Part shown: positions 1-10,521 of the stretch, one piece after another
How the letters are laid out: every line of letters begins with the position of its first letter
Numbering within the stretch: position 1 is the first letter of the stretch
Origin: an uncultured delta proteobacterium
Lineage (GTDB): Bacteria; Myxococcota_A; Polyangia; Fen-1088
Direction: 5' to 3'
DNA: 64,000 bases
Assembly (NCBI GenBank): GCA_963737265.1
Contig: CAVTRY010000007.1
Location: forward strand, 384,001 to 448,000
Notes under the pieces: generated by a model
Databases searched by the model: none
Told to the model about the DNA's origin: nothing
Seen by the model: only the letters and a program-made list of their open reading frames with translations
Program-made: the position numbers and the translations under genes

Positions 1-1217
1 TCCTGCGAGCTCACCACCCGTCGGAGGTGCTCGCCCAGGAACGACGGCACGGTGGCCCGGTCCCGAGGCGCGACCCCGTCGGCTCCCGCCACCAACATGC
101 ATTCCACGACGACGTCGTTGGGCAGGTTCTCGACCTGGCCCGTGTTGGGAACGTTGCCGGGGATGACCTTCTCCTCACCGGTGACGAGCCCGTCGAGGAG
201 GGGCGCGACGAACTCTCCCGACGGCCACCGGGGAATGGTCTCCGCGACGAGCAGATCGGCCATCTCGCGGTCGTCGTCGGCCTTGTCGGACTGGTGTCCG
301 TGCATCCCGTAGTGGTGCGCTCCCCATTGACGTCCGTAGTCGGAGGCGGCGGTCACGAAGCCGGCGAAGAACTCCACCACGTGGGTGTCTGACGATCCGG
401 GCAGGACGCCGAATCGCTCGAAGAGCTCGAACTTGACCTTGTTGTTGGCCAGGATGTCGGCCTTGGTCCAGCCCCCACCGGGATCGACCTTCTTGTAGTG
501 CATCCCGGCGGGAGGGTCCATCCACAGGGACCCGGCGAGATCGATGTCGCCCTTGAGAGCGGCGCCCAGCATGCCGAACCCGTCGCGCTCGCCGATACGG
601 AGCGAGGTCACCAGGGGGAGATGGTTGACGCCCGCCACCACGGGGTCCACCGACATGAAGTCGGTGTCGAACAACAGGCTGAGGACGAACTTGAGACCCA
701 CGATCTCGGCGCACAGCCCGACCGTCTTGATCGACGTCTCCCGGGTCACGGCCCGACACAGCGCCGTGAGGGGATTGCTCACGTTGACGAGCAACGCATC
801 GGGGCACTGCCGCTCCATGGCCCTGGCCACGTCCAGGATCACCGGCACACTGCGCAGCGACCGGGAGATGCCTCCCGGACCCACGCTGTCACCGACGGTC
901 TGGCGGATCCCGTAGCGGGCCGGGATCTCGATGTCGTGGCGCATGCTGGCGAACCCACCCACCGAGAAGGTGGCGATGACGTACTCGGCGCCGGCGAGGG
1001 CGTCGTCGATGTCGGTCGTCGCACGCGCCGTGAGCGGGATGCCCCGGCGCTCGGCCACATGCGCGGCCACCTTGAGCGCGGGCGGCAGCGACTCGGGATC
1101 GAGGTCGAAGAGCACGACCTCTGCATCGGTCAGAGCCGATGTGTTGGCGAAGTCCACCATGAGCTTCGGCGTCCAGTGGGTGCTTCCTCCACCTACGAGC
1201 GTGATCTTCGCGGCCAT
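1..1217 (-). CDS. Glycoside hydrolase family 4 (NAD+/Mn2+-dependent), 3' end truncated by window edge
   Basis: Manual translation from ATG 1217: MAAKITLVGGGSTHWTPKLMVD (Rossmann GGGS), QTVGDSVGPGG, NVSNP, GLCAEI, GVNHL. Absent from ORF track because it runs off the edge. Confidence 0.9.
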   Translation of the reverse strand, partial: MAAKITLVGGGSTHWTPKLMVDFANTSALTDAEVVLFDLDPESLPPALKVAAHVAERRGIPLTARATTDIDDALAGAEYVIATFSVGGFASMRHDIEIPARYGIRQTVGDSVGPGGISRSLRSVPVILDVARAMERQCPDALLVNVSNPLTALCRAVTRETSIKTVGLCAEIVGLKFVLSLLFDTDFMSVDPVVAGVNHLPLVTSLRIGERDGFGMLGAALKGDIDLAGSLWMDPPAGMHYKKVDPGGGWTKADILANNKVKFELFERFGVLPGSSDTHVVEFFAGFVTAASDYGRQWGAHHYGMHGHQSDKADDDREMADLLVAETIPRWPSGEFVAPLLDGLVTGEEKVIPGNVPNTGQVENLPNDVVVECMLVAGADGVAPRDRATVPSFLGEHLRRVVSSQ

Positions 1218-1251
1218 GGGCCGACGATACCCGCGGCGCGACTTCCCTGCT

Positions 1252-1378
1252 CCTGCGCTGGCCCTGCGCTAATCCGGCGCTAATCCTGCGCTAATCCGGC
1301 GCTAATCCTGCGCTAATCCTGCGCTAATCCTGCGCTAATCATGCGCTAATCCTGCGCTAATCATGCGCCAATCCTGCG
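1252..1378. repeat. Tandem 11-bp repeat (CCTGCGCTAAT consensus), about 11 units
   Basis: Units at 1252, 1263, 1274 ... 1373 with variants CCGGCGCTAAT and CATGCGCTAAT. Confidence 0.95.
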
Positions 1379-1398
1379 AGGCACCTCGAGGCTGCGCG

Positions 1399-3379
1399 TC
1401 AGCGGGGGATCTGAGCGACGTTCACGGCCTCCAACTGCGAGGAGGCGTAGTTCGTGACCAACAGGGTCTTGCCGTTGGGTTCCAGGGTGAACTGACGCGG
1501 GAACTGGCCCGCCGGGATCTGACCGACTACCGACGGCTTCCCGGCGAGGGCCGCAGCCGTGTCGACGACACTCAAGCTCGCCCTTGCGCTGGTCATCGAG
1601 AACCGGTTTGAGTTGGCCACCACGATGAGTTTTCCGTCGTCGACCACGGCCTCGCCGACCGGAGCTTCCCCCACCTCGACGTGGCATGAGAGCGCATGCT
1701 TCGGGTCCGACACGAGCCGGCCGGCCGAGAAACCGAGAAGCTGGTCACTCTCTCTGGCTGTCACCCACACCACCGATCCATCGTCCGAGGTCACGACCCG
1801 CACGGCACCGCATCCGGCGGTCACGACCGAGCGCACCGAAGCGCCGGGGTCGGCTTCCGCCGTTGCCAGAGAGATGACTGCCAGGGTCCCCTGCGAGACA
1901 CGCGGTCCGGCTCCCTCGCTCGTGGCGTAGAGGTACTTCCCGTCAGAGGAGATGGCCATGCCGACCGGGGCACTCCCGAGGGGGATGGTCCCGACGAAAT
2001 GCGATGACGCGAAGTTGTCGGCCAGAGCGGCCTGAAGGTCGAAGACGGCGATGTCCCCCGAACTCTCCAGAGACACGAATGCGAAGCGACCGTCGGGTGA
2101 GACGGCGACCTCGATCCCGCCGCCTCCCGAGGGGGCACTTGCGGATCCGATGACCGGATCGGACGAGCCCAGATCGAGTGCCTGGAGACTCACGGCGAGG
2201 AATCCCGAGTCGGTGGCGGCGAGCAGGTAGCGGCCGTCCGGGGTCATCGTCTCTCCAGCCACGCTCTGGGGAAGCGGCACCGTTCGCACCAGCGACGGTG
2301 CAAACGACGTGTCCGAGAACACCCCGAGGGAGTTCCCGAGCGATACGAAGGAAAGGCTCCCTTGCGCGGCGACATCGAACGGTGCCCCGACGACGGGGAC
2401 CAGGGCGGTCTGGACTCCGGTCAGCCGGGTCTGGCTCGACTCGTCGGTGCTACATCCCGGAGACCCGTCGGCGACCACGCCGGGAGGGAGAGGAGCGTTG
2501 TCACCCACCGGGGCGCCCGATGACGGCGAGCCCCCCGCGGTCGGGATTTCGTTGGCCGGGTAGTCCCACTCGCCCATGCTGGCGGTGATCGGGACCAACT
2601 GGTTCGCCATGCACGTGCCGAACCCGAGGTTGTGCTGAGCTGACGCCGTTCGTGATGCCCCGCGCGAGGCCGCGCCTGATGTGACGTTCGACACGTCCCG
2701 TGAGGTGGCGTCGAGCTCCAGGGCTCGGTACGTGCACGCAGACTGGGGCAACTGCCCGATGAAGAACGACACTCCGTTGACGACTCGCACTGTGGGGGAG
2801 GGGAGATGGGCTCCGGGCGCGAACGTGCCCACTCTTCCGTTGCTCAGCTTCACGGTGGACCGACCCGCGTAGTCGACGACGCCGTAGACGATGCCACGCG
2901 GCACCATGGCCACCATCTCGAGCTCGGCCGGGTTCGGGTAGCCCGGACACAGACCATACGCACGCCCCCCGATCACGACGCCACCCTCCTCGAGGGCGCC
3001 GGCGCCGCGCTCGGCCCGGCGCGCCCACAGCGCCCAGCGCTCTCCGTGCACCGACCCGCTGGCGACCTGTCGGGCGAGCTTCGTCAGCGCGCTCGACCGA
3101 CGAGTTGGCTTGAGCTGCGAACGAAGGCGAGCACCTGTAGGCCGCGTCGCCGAGACCGCCAGCGAGACCGCCAGCGAGACCGGCAGCGCGACCGCCAGCG
3201 ATGCCGGCAGAGAGGCCGGTGGAGAGGCCGGTGGACGACGGGGGCCGGGGAGGGCCCGTTCCCAGGGTGACGAGGGGAACGGCGATCGCCAGACCGATGA
3301 CGAGAACCACTAGACCCGCCACCGCGACGTGACGCGGTCGGCGTCGGACCCACCATTGTCGACGAGCAGTATCGGACAT
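1399..3379 (-). CDS. Membrane-anchored protein with C-terminal YncE/lactonase-like beta-propeller (frameshift near 3050)
   Basis: N-terminal TM helix in ORF 2501..3484; repeats TPDGRYL, SPDGRFAFV, SSDGKYLY, EPNGKTLLVTN in ORF 1399..3051. Confidence 0.7.
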
Positions 3380-3501
3380 GTTCCGGCTCCGGTGTCGAAG
3401 CCTATGGGAGGGAGTCGCAGCGAGCCGGGTGCGTGCTGGGAGCGAGCCGAGAGCGAGCAGGGAGCGAGCCCAGGAGCAGTCCACTCACCTACAGTGCGGC
3501 C

Positions 3502-4270
3502 ATGTCCGGTACACAACAACGGACGGTGGACGAGATGCGGGTCGTGGTTCATTCCGACTCGTGCGCCCTGGCCCGCACTGCCGCGGACAGCGCCGCGGCC
3601 GCGCTGCGCCAGGCCGTGGCGGCGCGCGGGGTCGCCCACGCCATGTTCGCCACCGGGAATTTGCAGCTCGAGTTCATCGACACCCTCGTGACCGCCACCA
3701 CGGATGTGCCGTGGGGCAACGTCGTCGTGTTCCACATGGACGAGTACGTGGGAGTGGGCCCGACGCCCGGTGGGTTTCCAGCGGTGGATCCGGGAACGCA
3801 TCAGCGACCACGTCCGTCCCCTCGCGGCTCATTACATCGACGGGTTGGCCAATCCCCGGGCGGAGTGCGACCGCTACATGGCGCTGCTGCGGACCATCCG
3901 TTGGACCTGTGCTGTCTCGGGATCGGGGAGAACGGGCATCTTGCGTTCAACGACCCTCCGTCGCCGACTTCAACGACCCTCTGGACATGAAGGTCGTGGA
4001 GCTCGATCGGGAATGCAGGCTCCAGCAGGTGCACGAGGGCCATTTCCCTGACATCGGTGCGGTGCCGAGCCACGCGCTCACCGCCACCATCCCGGCGCTG
4101 CTGCGGGCCGGGACCGTCCTGGCCGTCGTGCCAGAAGCCGCAAGGCCGAACCCGTGCGGGCGGCGGTGACAGGTCCGGTGTCGACCTCGTGCCCGGCATC
4201 GGTGCTGCGCACACGGGACAACGTCACGCTGCTCATCGATCGCGAGTCGGCATCGCTGCTCGGGTGGTGA
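3502..4270 (+). CDS. nagB: Glucosamine-6-phosphate deaminase family (frameshifted)
   Basis: FATGN, FHMDEY, LGIGENGHLAFNDP, CRLQQVHEGHF, ALTATIPALL spread over three frames. Confidence 0.8.
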
Positions 4271-4274
4271 TCGG

Positions 4275-5592
4275 GTGTCGCATGGTCGACACCTCAGATC
4301 CAGCGCCATCGGCGTCGTGTCGATCGTGGCTCTCTTGCTGGCCGGGTGCGGGAGCTTGTTGGCGGGCTGCGGAAGCAACGGATCCGCCCCATCGGGCTCG
4401 GGTGCACACCAGACAACCGGTGGAACCGCCAGCGGAGCGAGCGGAGCGAGTGGGAGCGGCACGGGCGGGGCGGGCGGGGCCAGCGGAGCGAGTGGGAGCG
4501 AGACGGGCGGGGCGAGTAGGAGCGGGACGGGCGGGGCGAGCGGGACGGGCGCTGATCACGACTGCATCGTGGGGGGAGGGGCGACCCCACCGCCGGTGGC
4601 GTGGACCCGGTTGCGCAACCCCATCCTGAGCGAGCCCGACGCGGCGGTGAAGGACCAGGCGCTGGTGTGGTCCGGCGGCGAATGGCACATGCTCTTCAGC
4701 TATGTGACCGACGACGCCCCGACCCCCGGGGCCGAGAACTGGAACATCGCCACCGCCACGAGCTCGGACCTGACGCAATGGTCGGCGCCATCGCCGTGGC
4801 CGGTGCAGGCCGGTATGGACGGGGTCGCATCGCCCGACATCGTCCGCAGTCCGTCCGGGTTGTTCGTCGCCACGTACGACACGAACCCCGACACGGCCCC
4901 CGACTCGCCCGCGCAGTCCAAGCTGTACTACCGGACCTCGACCGACCTCGAGACGTGGTCGGCACCGCATCCCCTCGCGCCCGGCATCCACCCCGCGCCG
5001 GGCGATCGCATGATCGACGCGGCGGTGGCCTGGACCGGCAACGGCCTGATCCTCGGGTACAAGTACGGCACGACCAGCGGATCAGGGGCGCAGCATTTCG
5101 AGATCGCGTGGTCGCCGAGCGGCTCGCTCGACGGGCCATGGACCTATGTGGGCCGGCCCGACATCGTCGTCAACGGCGACACCATCGAGAACTTCGAATT
5201 CGTCGCGGTAGCGGGACGGTGGCACCTGGTGGCCACCTCGAACAGCTTCGACCAGCCCTGGATCTTCGTGTTGTCGGGCGACCCGTCGACCCCGTCGTCA
5301 TGGCTGCACTCGACCGGCGCGAGGATGCTCGTCATCCCCGGCCAGGCGTGGGACTCCGGCCCCGGGATCTCGAGCGTCGGCTATGAGCACGCCAACTCGG
5401 TGTTCCTGTGCGACGCCCGGACCGGTACCGCCGATCACTCCGGTACAGGTACGGGTGACGACTCCGGCGCCGGCTACTACTACCTCACCTACGCGGGCAG
5501 CGACGAGCTCACCCATTTCGGAGGATGGGGGCATGCCAAGATCGGGATGGCGCGCAGCACTGATCTCGTGCAATTGGCAGATCCCGGGCTGA
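4275..5592 (+). CDS. Lipoprotein, five-bladed beta-propeller glycoside hydrolase-like (GH32/GH43 clan-like)
   Basis: Lipobox-like LAGC, Gly/Ser linker, NPIL..KDQAL..WHMLFS, SPDIV, IDAAV, ENFEF, KIGMARSTDL; likely true end WQIPG* at 5592. Confidence 0.6.
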
Positions 5593-5655
5593 CATTCCGG
5601 AAAAGGCCAACCGCCAAATCGGCCGGCCGCCCAATCACCCACCGGCGAGAGACCC

Positions 5656-6888
5656 TCACCGTCTCCTTACCGCATCGCCGGGCCCGATCCAACGCTCGAG
5701 GAACGGGTAGGCCTCGACTCCGTGCCACTCGTGCACCCCTTCGAACACGTCGTGGACGAGGTGGTCCGGCGCTCCGTCCGACGTGTAGACGGCCCGCAGC
5801 CGCTCGACCTCGGCCGCCGCCACTGTGAAGGGGAAGAGGTCGTCGTGCGTCCCCGATTCGATGAGGAGGGGGCGGGGCGATATCAGCGCACCGAGATCGA
5901 CGTGCTCGATCTGGCCGAGCATCCCCGGGAGGATCTGGGAGCCGCACATGTTCCACGGCATCTTGTGCGACTCGGCCCACGACGAGAAGTACCCGCTCAC
6001 CACCGCGGCCGCCACCCGTTCGTCCAACGCGGCGAGGAACAGCGTCACCGTCCCGCCGTAGGAGAGGCCGACCATCCCGATCCGGGCCGGATCGACGAGA
6101 GGATGCGTCTGGAGGACGTCGATGGACCGCGCCAGGTCCCACAGGTTCTGCGTGAGCGGGTTGATGCCGGCCATGACGGCGTGCACGAGATTCGTGTCGC
6201 AGCGCGTAGTGGTCCTCGGGGTTCCAGTCGAGACGTTCGCCGAAGCAGCGCAGGTCGGGGGCGAGCACGACGTAGCCGCGCTCGGCCAGCTGGCCGCGCG
6301 TAGTCGGCGTTGGGGGTGCCGGTGCGCTCGAGCCCGACCGCCTCGGATTTACCCGGCCCGTGGCCGTGCACGGCGAGCACAGCGGGGCCGGGCGCGACCC
6401 GGCTGTCGGGTACGAGAAGGTACGCCGGCACCGACATGGTCTCCTCGGTGTCGAAGACGATCGTGTCGCGCCGGTACCCCTCGCACTGCACCGACTCGAG
6501 CGTCTCGAGCCGGAGGGGGACGGGTTCGGGTTGTGGCCCCAGCATCGAGTCGAGGCGAGCGCGGACAGCGTGCTCGCCACTGCGCCAGGACCTCGGCGTA
6601 GGCGGGGTCGCCGGGGTCGGCGACGTCGGCGGCGTCGGCGGCGTCGGGCCGTCCGTCGGGGCTCGAGGCTTCGTTCGAGGGAGGGCTCGGCAGCGGATCG
6701 GCGAGCGTGGTCCTTCCCAGCCGGACCATCCACGAGTACCAGGGGGAGTAATTGCGATCCGGTACCGGCAGGGACCCGAGCTGCAGGGGCGCGTCGTCGG
6801 GCGCATCGTCGGGCGCGTTGTCGGGCGCGTTGTCGGGCGCGTTGTCGGGCGGGTCCGAGGAGTGGTCCGGGTGAGCGTCAGCCGGCAA
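5656..6888 (-). CDS. Alpha/beta hydrolase (dienelactone hydrolase/acetyl esterase-like), frameshifted
   Basis: VPAYLLVP..AVLAVHGHG, LAERGYVVLAPDLRCFGER, nucleophile GLSYGG, THDDLFP, FEGVHEW. Confidence 0.8.
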
Positions 6889-8425
6889 GGGGAGCCCAGG
6901 TCTGCACGGTGTGCCAGCACGTCCCCTGGGGCTTGCCCGTATAGGTGGGCACGCACAGCGGCGACGGCGGCTCGTTGTTGTAGAGCTCTACGACCTGATA
7001 CTCGGTCGGCCCCGCGTACTTGTCGGGGCCGAAGCTCAACGTCGGGGTATAGGTGCCGGGGAAGTTCTGGATCCTCGACATCGACTGCACGAACGTGCGC
7101 CGGTTGAGGTCGGGGCCCGCTCCGAGCGCGGCGGTGGCGAAGAGCCGGATGACCTGGCACCATCCCACGATCGGTCCCTGCTCCTCGATGTAGGGCGACA
7201 CCGTCGACGTGGGCTTGTTGTGAGCCTTCCACGTGTCGTAGCAGCTCTGGACCGCGCCGTTGTAGCCGCCCGCCGCGACGACGCTCGAAGGGGCGTCGGT
7301 CCCTCCGAGTGTCTCGACGGTCACGCCCTCTTGATGGTCGAGCCCCTTCTCGTACGGGATGGGAATGAGCCCGAGCGTGGAGGTGATCGAGGATTCGTAG
7401 TCCGACAGCAGGAGCTTCGGGAAGTAGTTCTGCCCGTTCTCCTGGCTCAGGAACGGGAAGAAGGCGTTGAACGGGATCAGGGGGATCACCGATTTCACGC
7501 CGGCCGACTTGAGGCGCTGCACCACGAGAGGCGCGGCCGCGTCGGTGGCGGACGTGTCGGCCGGATTGGACGGGAGGGTCTCGACGTGCACGTTGGTGAT
7601 CCCCGCGTTGCGCAGGTCGGGCAGGAGGTACTGGTTGAGCGCGACCTGGTCACTGGTGCGATCACCGGCCACGATGCCGACGTTCCCCGAGTTGTCGAGC
7701 AGGCCGGTGCTCTTGCCCCACTGCACCACCGTCGCCAGGATCTGGGCCTGGTCGGGACCCGTCCACCACAGGTAGGGCGCTCCCTCCTGGGTCCAGTTCG
7801 TCACCGTCGTCCATTGCCCGATGAAGGGCGTCTGGCCTTCTTGTGTGATGCACAGTTCGTTGTCACCGGTCCAGGACCCGAGCCCGTCGAGCACGGCGAA
7901 CACGGGTGGACTGCCCTCGGTCCACTGTTTGCACAGCGCCCGCATGGACGCCTCGTTGGTGGGGTCGAAGTTCACGATCATGGCGTTGATCATGCGGCCG
8001 TTGATGCCCCCGGCGTCGTTGATGGCGTTCACAAAGGTGTGGATGGCCGCCTTCTGTGCGGCGAACTCGGTGTCACCCGCGAAGCCGAAGTTCGACGCCA
8101 GCGAAGTCAGGTTCGAGACCGGGAAGACCACATTGATCGAATTGGCGCTGACCCCACGGGTGCTCGTCGACGCCTGGTCCACGCCGATGCCGCTGGGCTT
8201 GCCCAGTCCCTGCCCGGTGGCGCTCGCGCTGGCACCGGTGTTGCCGGTCGCGCCCGCCCCCGTCCCGTTGGCCGCCTTCTTCGAGGAGGTCGCGGCCACC
8301 CCGTAGACGATCCCCCCCACCACGGCGATCGCCACCACGAGAGCGACGATCTGGACCCCGGCGGGCCGACGCCGGAGACGCCGCCAGGACTTCCCCAGTG
8401 CCGCCCCAGGACCAGAACTCGCCAT
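6878..8425 (-). CDS. ABC transporter substrate-binding protein (LivJ/periplasmic binding protein type 1)
   Basis: N-terminal TM anchor, RGVSANSINV, INDAGGINGR, AGPDLNR; intact 515 aa ORF. Confidence 0.8.
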   Translation of the reverse strand: MASSGPGAALGKSWRRLRRRPAGVQIVALVVAIAVVGGIVYGVAATSSKKAANGTGAGATGNTGASASATGQGLGKPSGIGVDQASTSTRGVSANSINVVFPVSNLTSLASNFGFAGDTEFAAQKAAIHTFVNAINDAGGINGRMINAMIVNFDPTNEASMRALCKQWTEGSPPVFAVLDGLGSWTGDNELCITQEGQTPFIGQWTTVTNWTQEGAPYLWWTGPDQAQILATVVQWGKSTGLLDNSGNVGIVAGDRTSDQVALNQYLLPDLRNAGITNVHVETLPSNPADTSATDAAAPLVVQRLKSAGVKSVIPLIPFNAFFPFLSQENGQNYFPKLLLSDYESSITSTLGLIPIPYEKGLDHQEGVTVETLGGTDAPSSVVAAGGYNGAVQSCYDTWKAHNKPTSTVSPYIEEQGPIVGWCQVIRLFATAALGAGPDLNRRTFVQSMSRIQNFPGTYTPTLSFGPDKYAGPTEYQVVELYNNEPPSPLCVPTYTGKPQGTCWHTVQTWAPLAG

Positions 8426-8466
8426 CGTCGCCCCTTCCCCCCTCCGGGTTCCCTCTCCGCCTTCGC

Positions 8467-8542
8467 TGCCTGTTGCCTGTTGCCTGTTGCCTGTTGCCTG
8501 TTGCCTGTTGCCTGTTGCCCGTTGCCTGTTGCCCGTTGCCTG
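8467..8542. repeat. Tandem 7-bp repeat (TGCCTGT) x10 plus a partial unit
   Basis: Read directly; two units are TGCCCGT. Confidence 0.95.
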
Positions 8543-8819
8543 ACGCCTTCGCCGCCTCGCGCCTGCCGCCTACTGCTTACTTGTGTCCCTGCTACTGCTT
8601 CTAGTGCTCAGCCTCGCCTTGGGTGTGCCGATGAACCATGCCCAACGCGTGTCGGTCGTCAGTCGTGGCCACACGATATGCGGCCTGGCGGGTTGCACAC
8701 CCGGCCGGGTGCCGTGATGTCAAGGCAGGCCGGGGTCGATGACGGGCTCTGGAGCTCGGGTCGAGAGGGCCCGAGGGGTCGGGGTTGTGGTGGTCGGCGG
8801 GCTGGGGCACGATTGACAC

Positions 8820-9701
8820 GTGGCACTGGTGACAGGTCTGGACATCAGGGAGATCTCCCCCGTGATCGGAGCCGAGGTGCACGGCCTCGACCTCAGCCGT
8901 CCGCTGGGCGACTCCGTCGTGGCCGAGGTGCGTGCCGCGCTGTGCCGGCACCTGGTGCTGTTCTTCCCGGACCAGGACCTCGCCCCCGAAGTGCAGGCCG
9001 ACTTCGCCCGGCAGTTCGGTGAGGTGACTCCGGCGCACCCCGTGATCCCGTCCCTCGAGGGAAATCCCGAGGTCCTCCCCATCGACGGCCGCGAGGACCG
9101 AGCCTCGTGGTGGCACACCGACGTCACCTTCCTGCCGACGCCGCCGCTCGGATCGATCCTCCACATGCGCGAAGCGCCTGCGGTGGGAGGCGACACGATG
9201 TGGGTGAGCCTGCAGGCAGCGTATGACGCGCTGAGCGAGCCGGTCCGGTGGTTGTGCGACCGCCTGATCGCATGGCACCACGACCCGTGGTTCGCCGCCG
9301 ACGTCGAGGCTCGGGGTGGTTACGACTGGGACGGCGAGCACCACGACAGGCTGTTTCCGGCCTCACACCCGGTGGTGCGGACGCACCCCGAGACCGGGCG
9401 CAACGGTCTGTTCGTCAACTCGCAGTTCACCAAGTTCCTCGAGGGTCTCTCGCAGGTCGAGAGCGCCACGCTCCTCGACATGCTCTATCGCCATTGCCAG
9501 CGGCCGGAGTTCAGCTGCCGCTACCACTGGAAGGCGGGTGCGGTCGCGTTCTGGGACAACAGGGCGACGCTGCACTACGCGCTCGACGATTACGGCGATG
9601 CTCTGCGCATCGCGCATCGGGTCACCCTCCGCGGTGATCGTCCCTACGGCCCGGCCCGACCCCTCGAGCCGACCGCGGCCGCCGTCTCTCCCCGTTCGTA
9701 A
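8820..9701 (+). CDS. TauD/TfdA family Fe(II)/2-oxoglutarate dioxygenase
   Basis: IGAEVHGLDL, WHTD, GGDTMW, HPVVRTHPETGR, FWDNRATLHYA. Confidence 0.92.
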   Translation: MALVTGLDIREISPVIGAEVHGLDLSRPLGDSVVAEVRAALCRHLVLFFPDQDLAPEVQADFARQFGEVTPAHPVIPSLEGNPEVLPIDGREDRASWWHTDVTFLPTPPLGSILHMREAPAVGGDTMWVSLQAAYDALSEPVRWLCDRLIAWHHDPWFAADVEARGGYDWDGEHHDRLFPASHPVVRTHPETGRNGLFVNSQFTKFLEGLSQVESATLLDMLYRHCQRPEFSCRYHWKAGAVAFWDNRATLHYALDDYGDALRIAHRVTLRGDRPYGPARPLEPTAAAVSPRS

Positions 9702-9739
9702 TACCGGCCGGCACAGGCCCAACGTCAGCCCCCGCAACG

Positions 9740-10306
9740 TCAGCCCCCGCCGGTGGAGGAGTCCGCACCTGTCGGCCCCGGTCGAGCCGCACCGGTCACG
9801 TACAGCGCTTCGTCGCTGGCACCGAGATAGGCGGCCAAAGCACTTGGGTCCTGGCGCACGACGTCGGGGCTGCCCGATATCACGACCTTGCCCGTCTGCA
9901 TGACGATGACAGTTGAACAGAGCTCGAACACCAGCGGCACGTCGTGCTCGACGAGGAGGATGGTCGACCCGGTCACCTCTCGCAGACGCTGCAGGAGCGG
10001 GATGAACGCCTCGGCCTCGCGTTGCGCGATGCCCACGGTCGGCTCGTCGAGAAGCAGGAGTCGCGGCCCCGCCAGCACGATCGACGCCAGGTCGACGACG
10101 CGGCGGGTCCCCGTCGACAGGTGCCCGGTGAGGTGGTGGCGGAATCGGTCCAGCCCGAACGACCCGATGACCCGGTCGACCGCACGCCGCTTGTCGGCCT
10201 CGGTCTGCCGGGCCCACGGCAGCTGCAACGTGGTCGACAGCACGCTCACCGGTCGGCGGGCGTCCTCGTACAGCATGAGCGTGTCCTGCACCGACAGCTC
10301 CGGGTA
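9740..10306 (-). CDS. ABC transporter ATP-binding domain (LivG-like), 5' part missing at junction
   Basis: LSTGTRR signature, LLLLDEP Walker B, VEHD H-loop. Confidence 0.85.
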   Translation of the reverse strand, partial: YPELSVQDTLMLYEDARRPVSVLSTTLQLPWARQTEADKRRAVDRVIGSFGLDRFRHHLTGHLSTGTRRVVDLASIVLAGPRLLLLDEPTVGIAQREAEAFIPLLQRLREVTGSTILLVEHDVPLVFELCSTVIVMQTGKVVISGSPDVVRQDPSALAAYLGASDEALYVTGAARPGPTGADSSTGGG

Positions 10307-10502
10307 CCACGATCGCGGCAAAGTCGCCATGGAATCCCGCCGCCACCACCAGCACCGCGGCGCGAAACTTATCCAGAGCCATGAACATCTGTTCGGGCGT
10401 TTGCGCCTGGGCCACAATGCGCATCTCATCTTCCACGGCAAGCACTTTGGCGATGCCCGCCCGGAAGATCGCCTGGTTATCGGCCAGAATCAGTTTGAGC
10501 AT
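10307..10502 (-). CDS. NarL/LuxR-type response regulator, N-terminal receiver-like fragment (cut by junction)
   Basis: MLKLILADNQAIFRAGIAKVLAVEDEMRIVAQA. Confidence 0.75.
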
Positions 10503-10521
10503 TTTTCAGCGCTCCAAAAAC

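Noticed and set aside
1252-1378. CRISPR array interpretation of the repeats here, at 22124-22181 and at 51270-51710
   Set aside because: No unique spacers of CRISPR length and no cas genes; these are contiguous tandem repeats.
6911-9022. Long antisense ORFs (e.g. 6911..9022, 15655..17811, 58614..60761)
   Set aside because: Shadow frames of real genes in high-GC DNA, with no recognisable domains.
9363-10502. Apparent receiver-domain/ABC ATPase fusion ORFs (9363..10502, 9740..10441)
   Set aside because: They cross the fragment junction at about 10307 and are chimeric artefacts.
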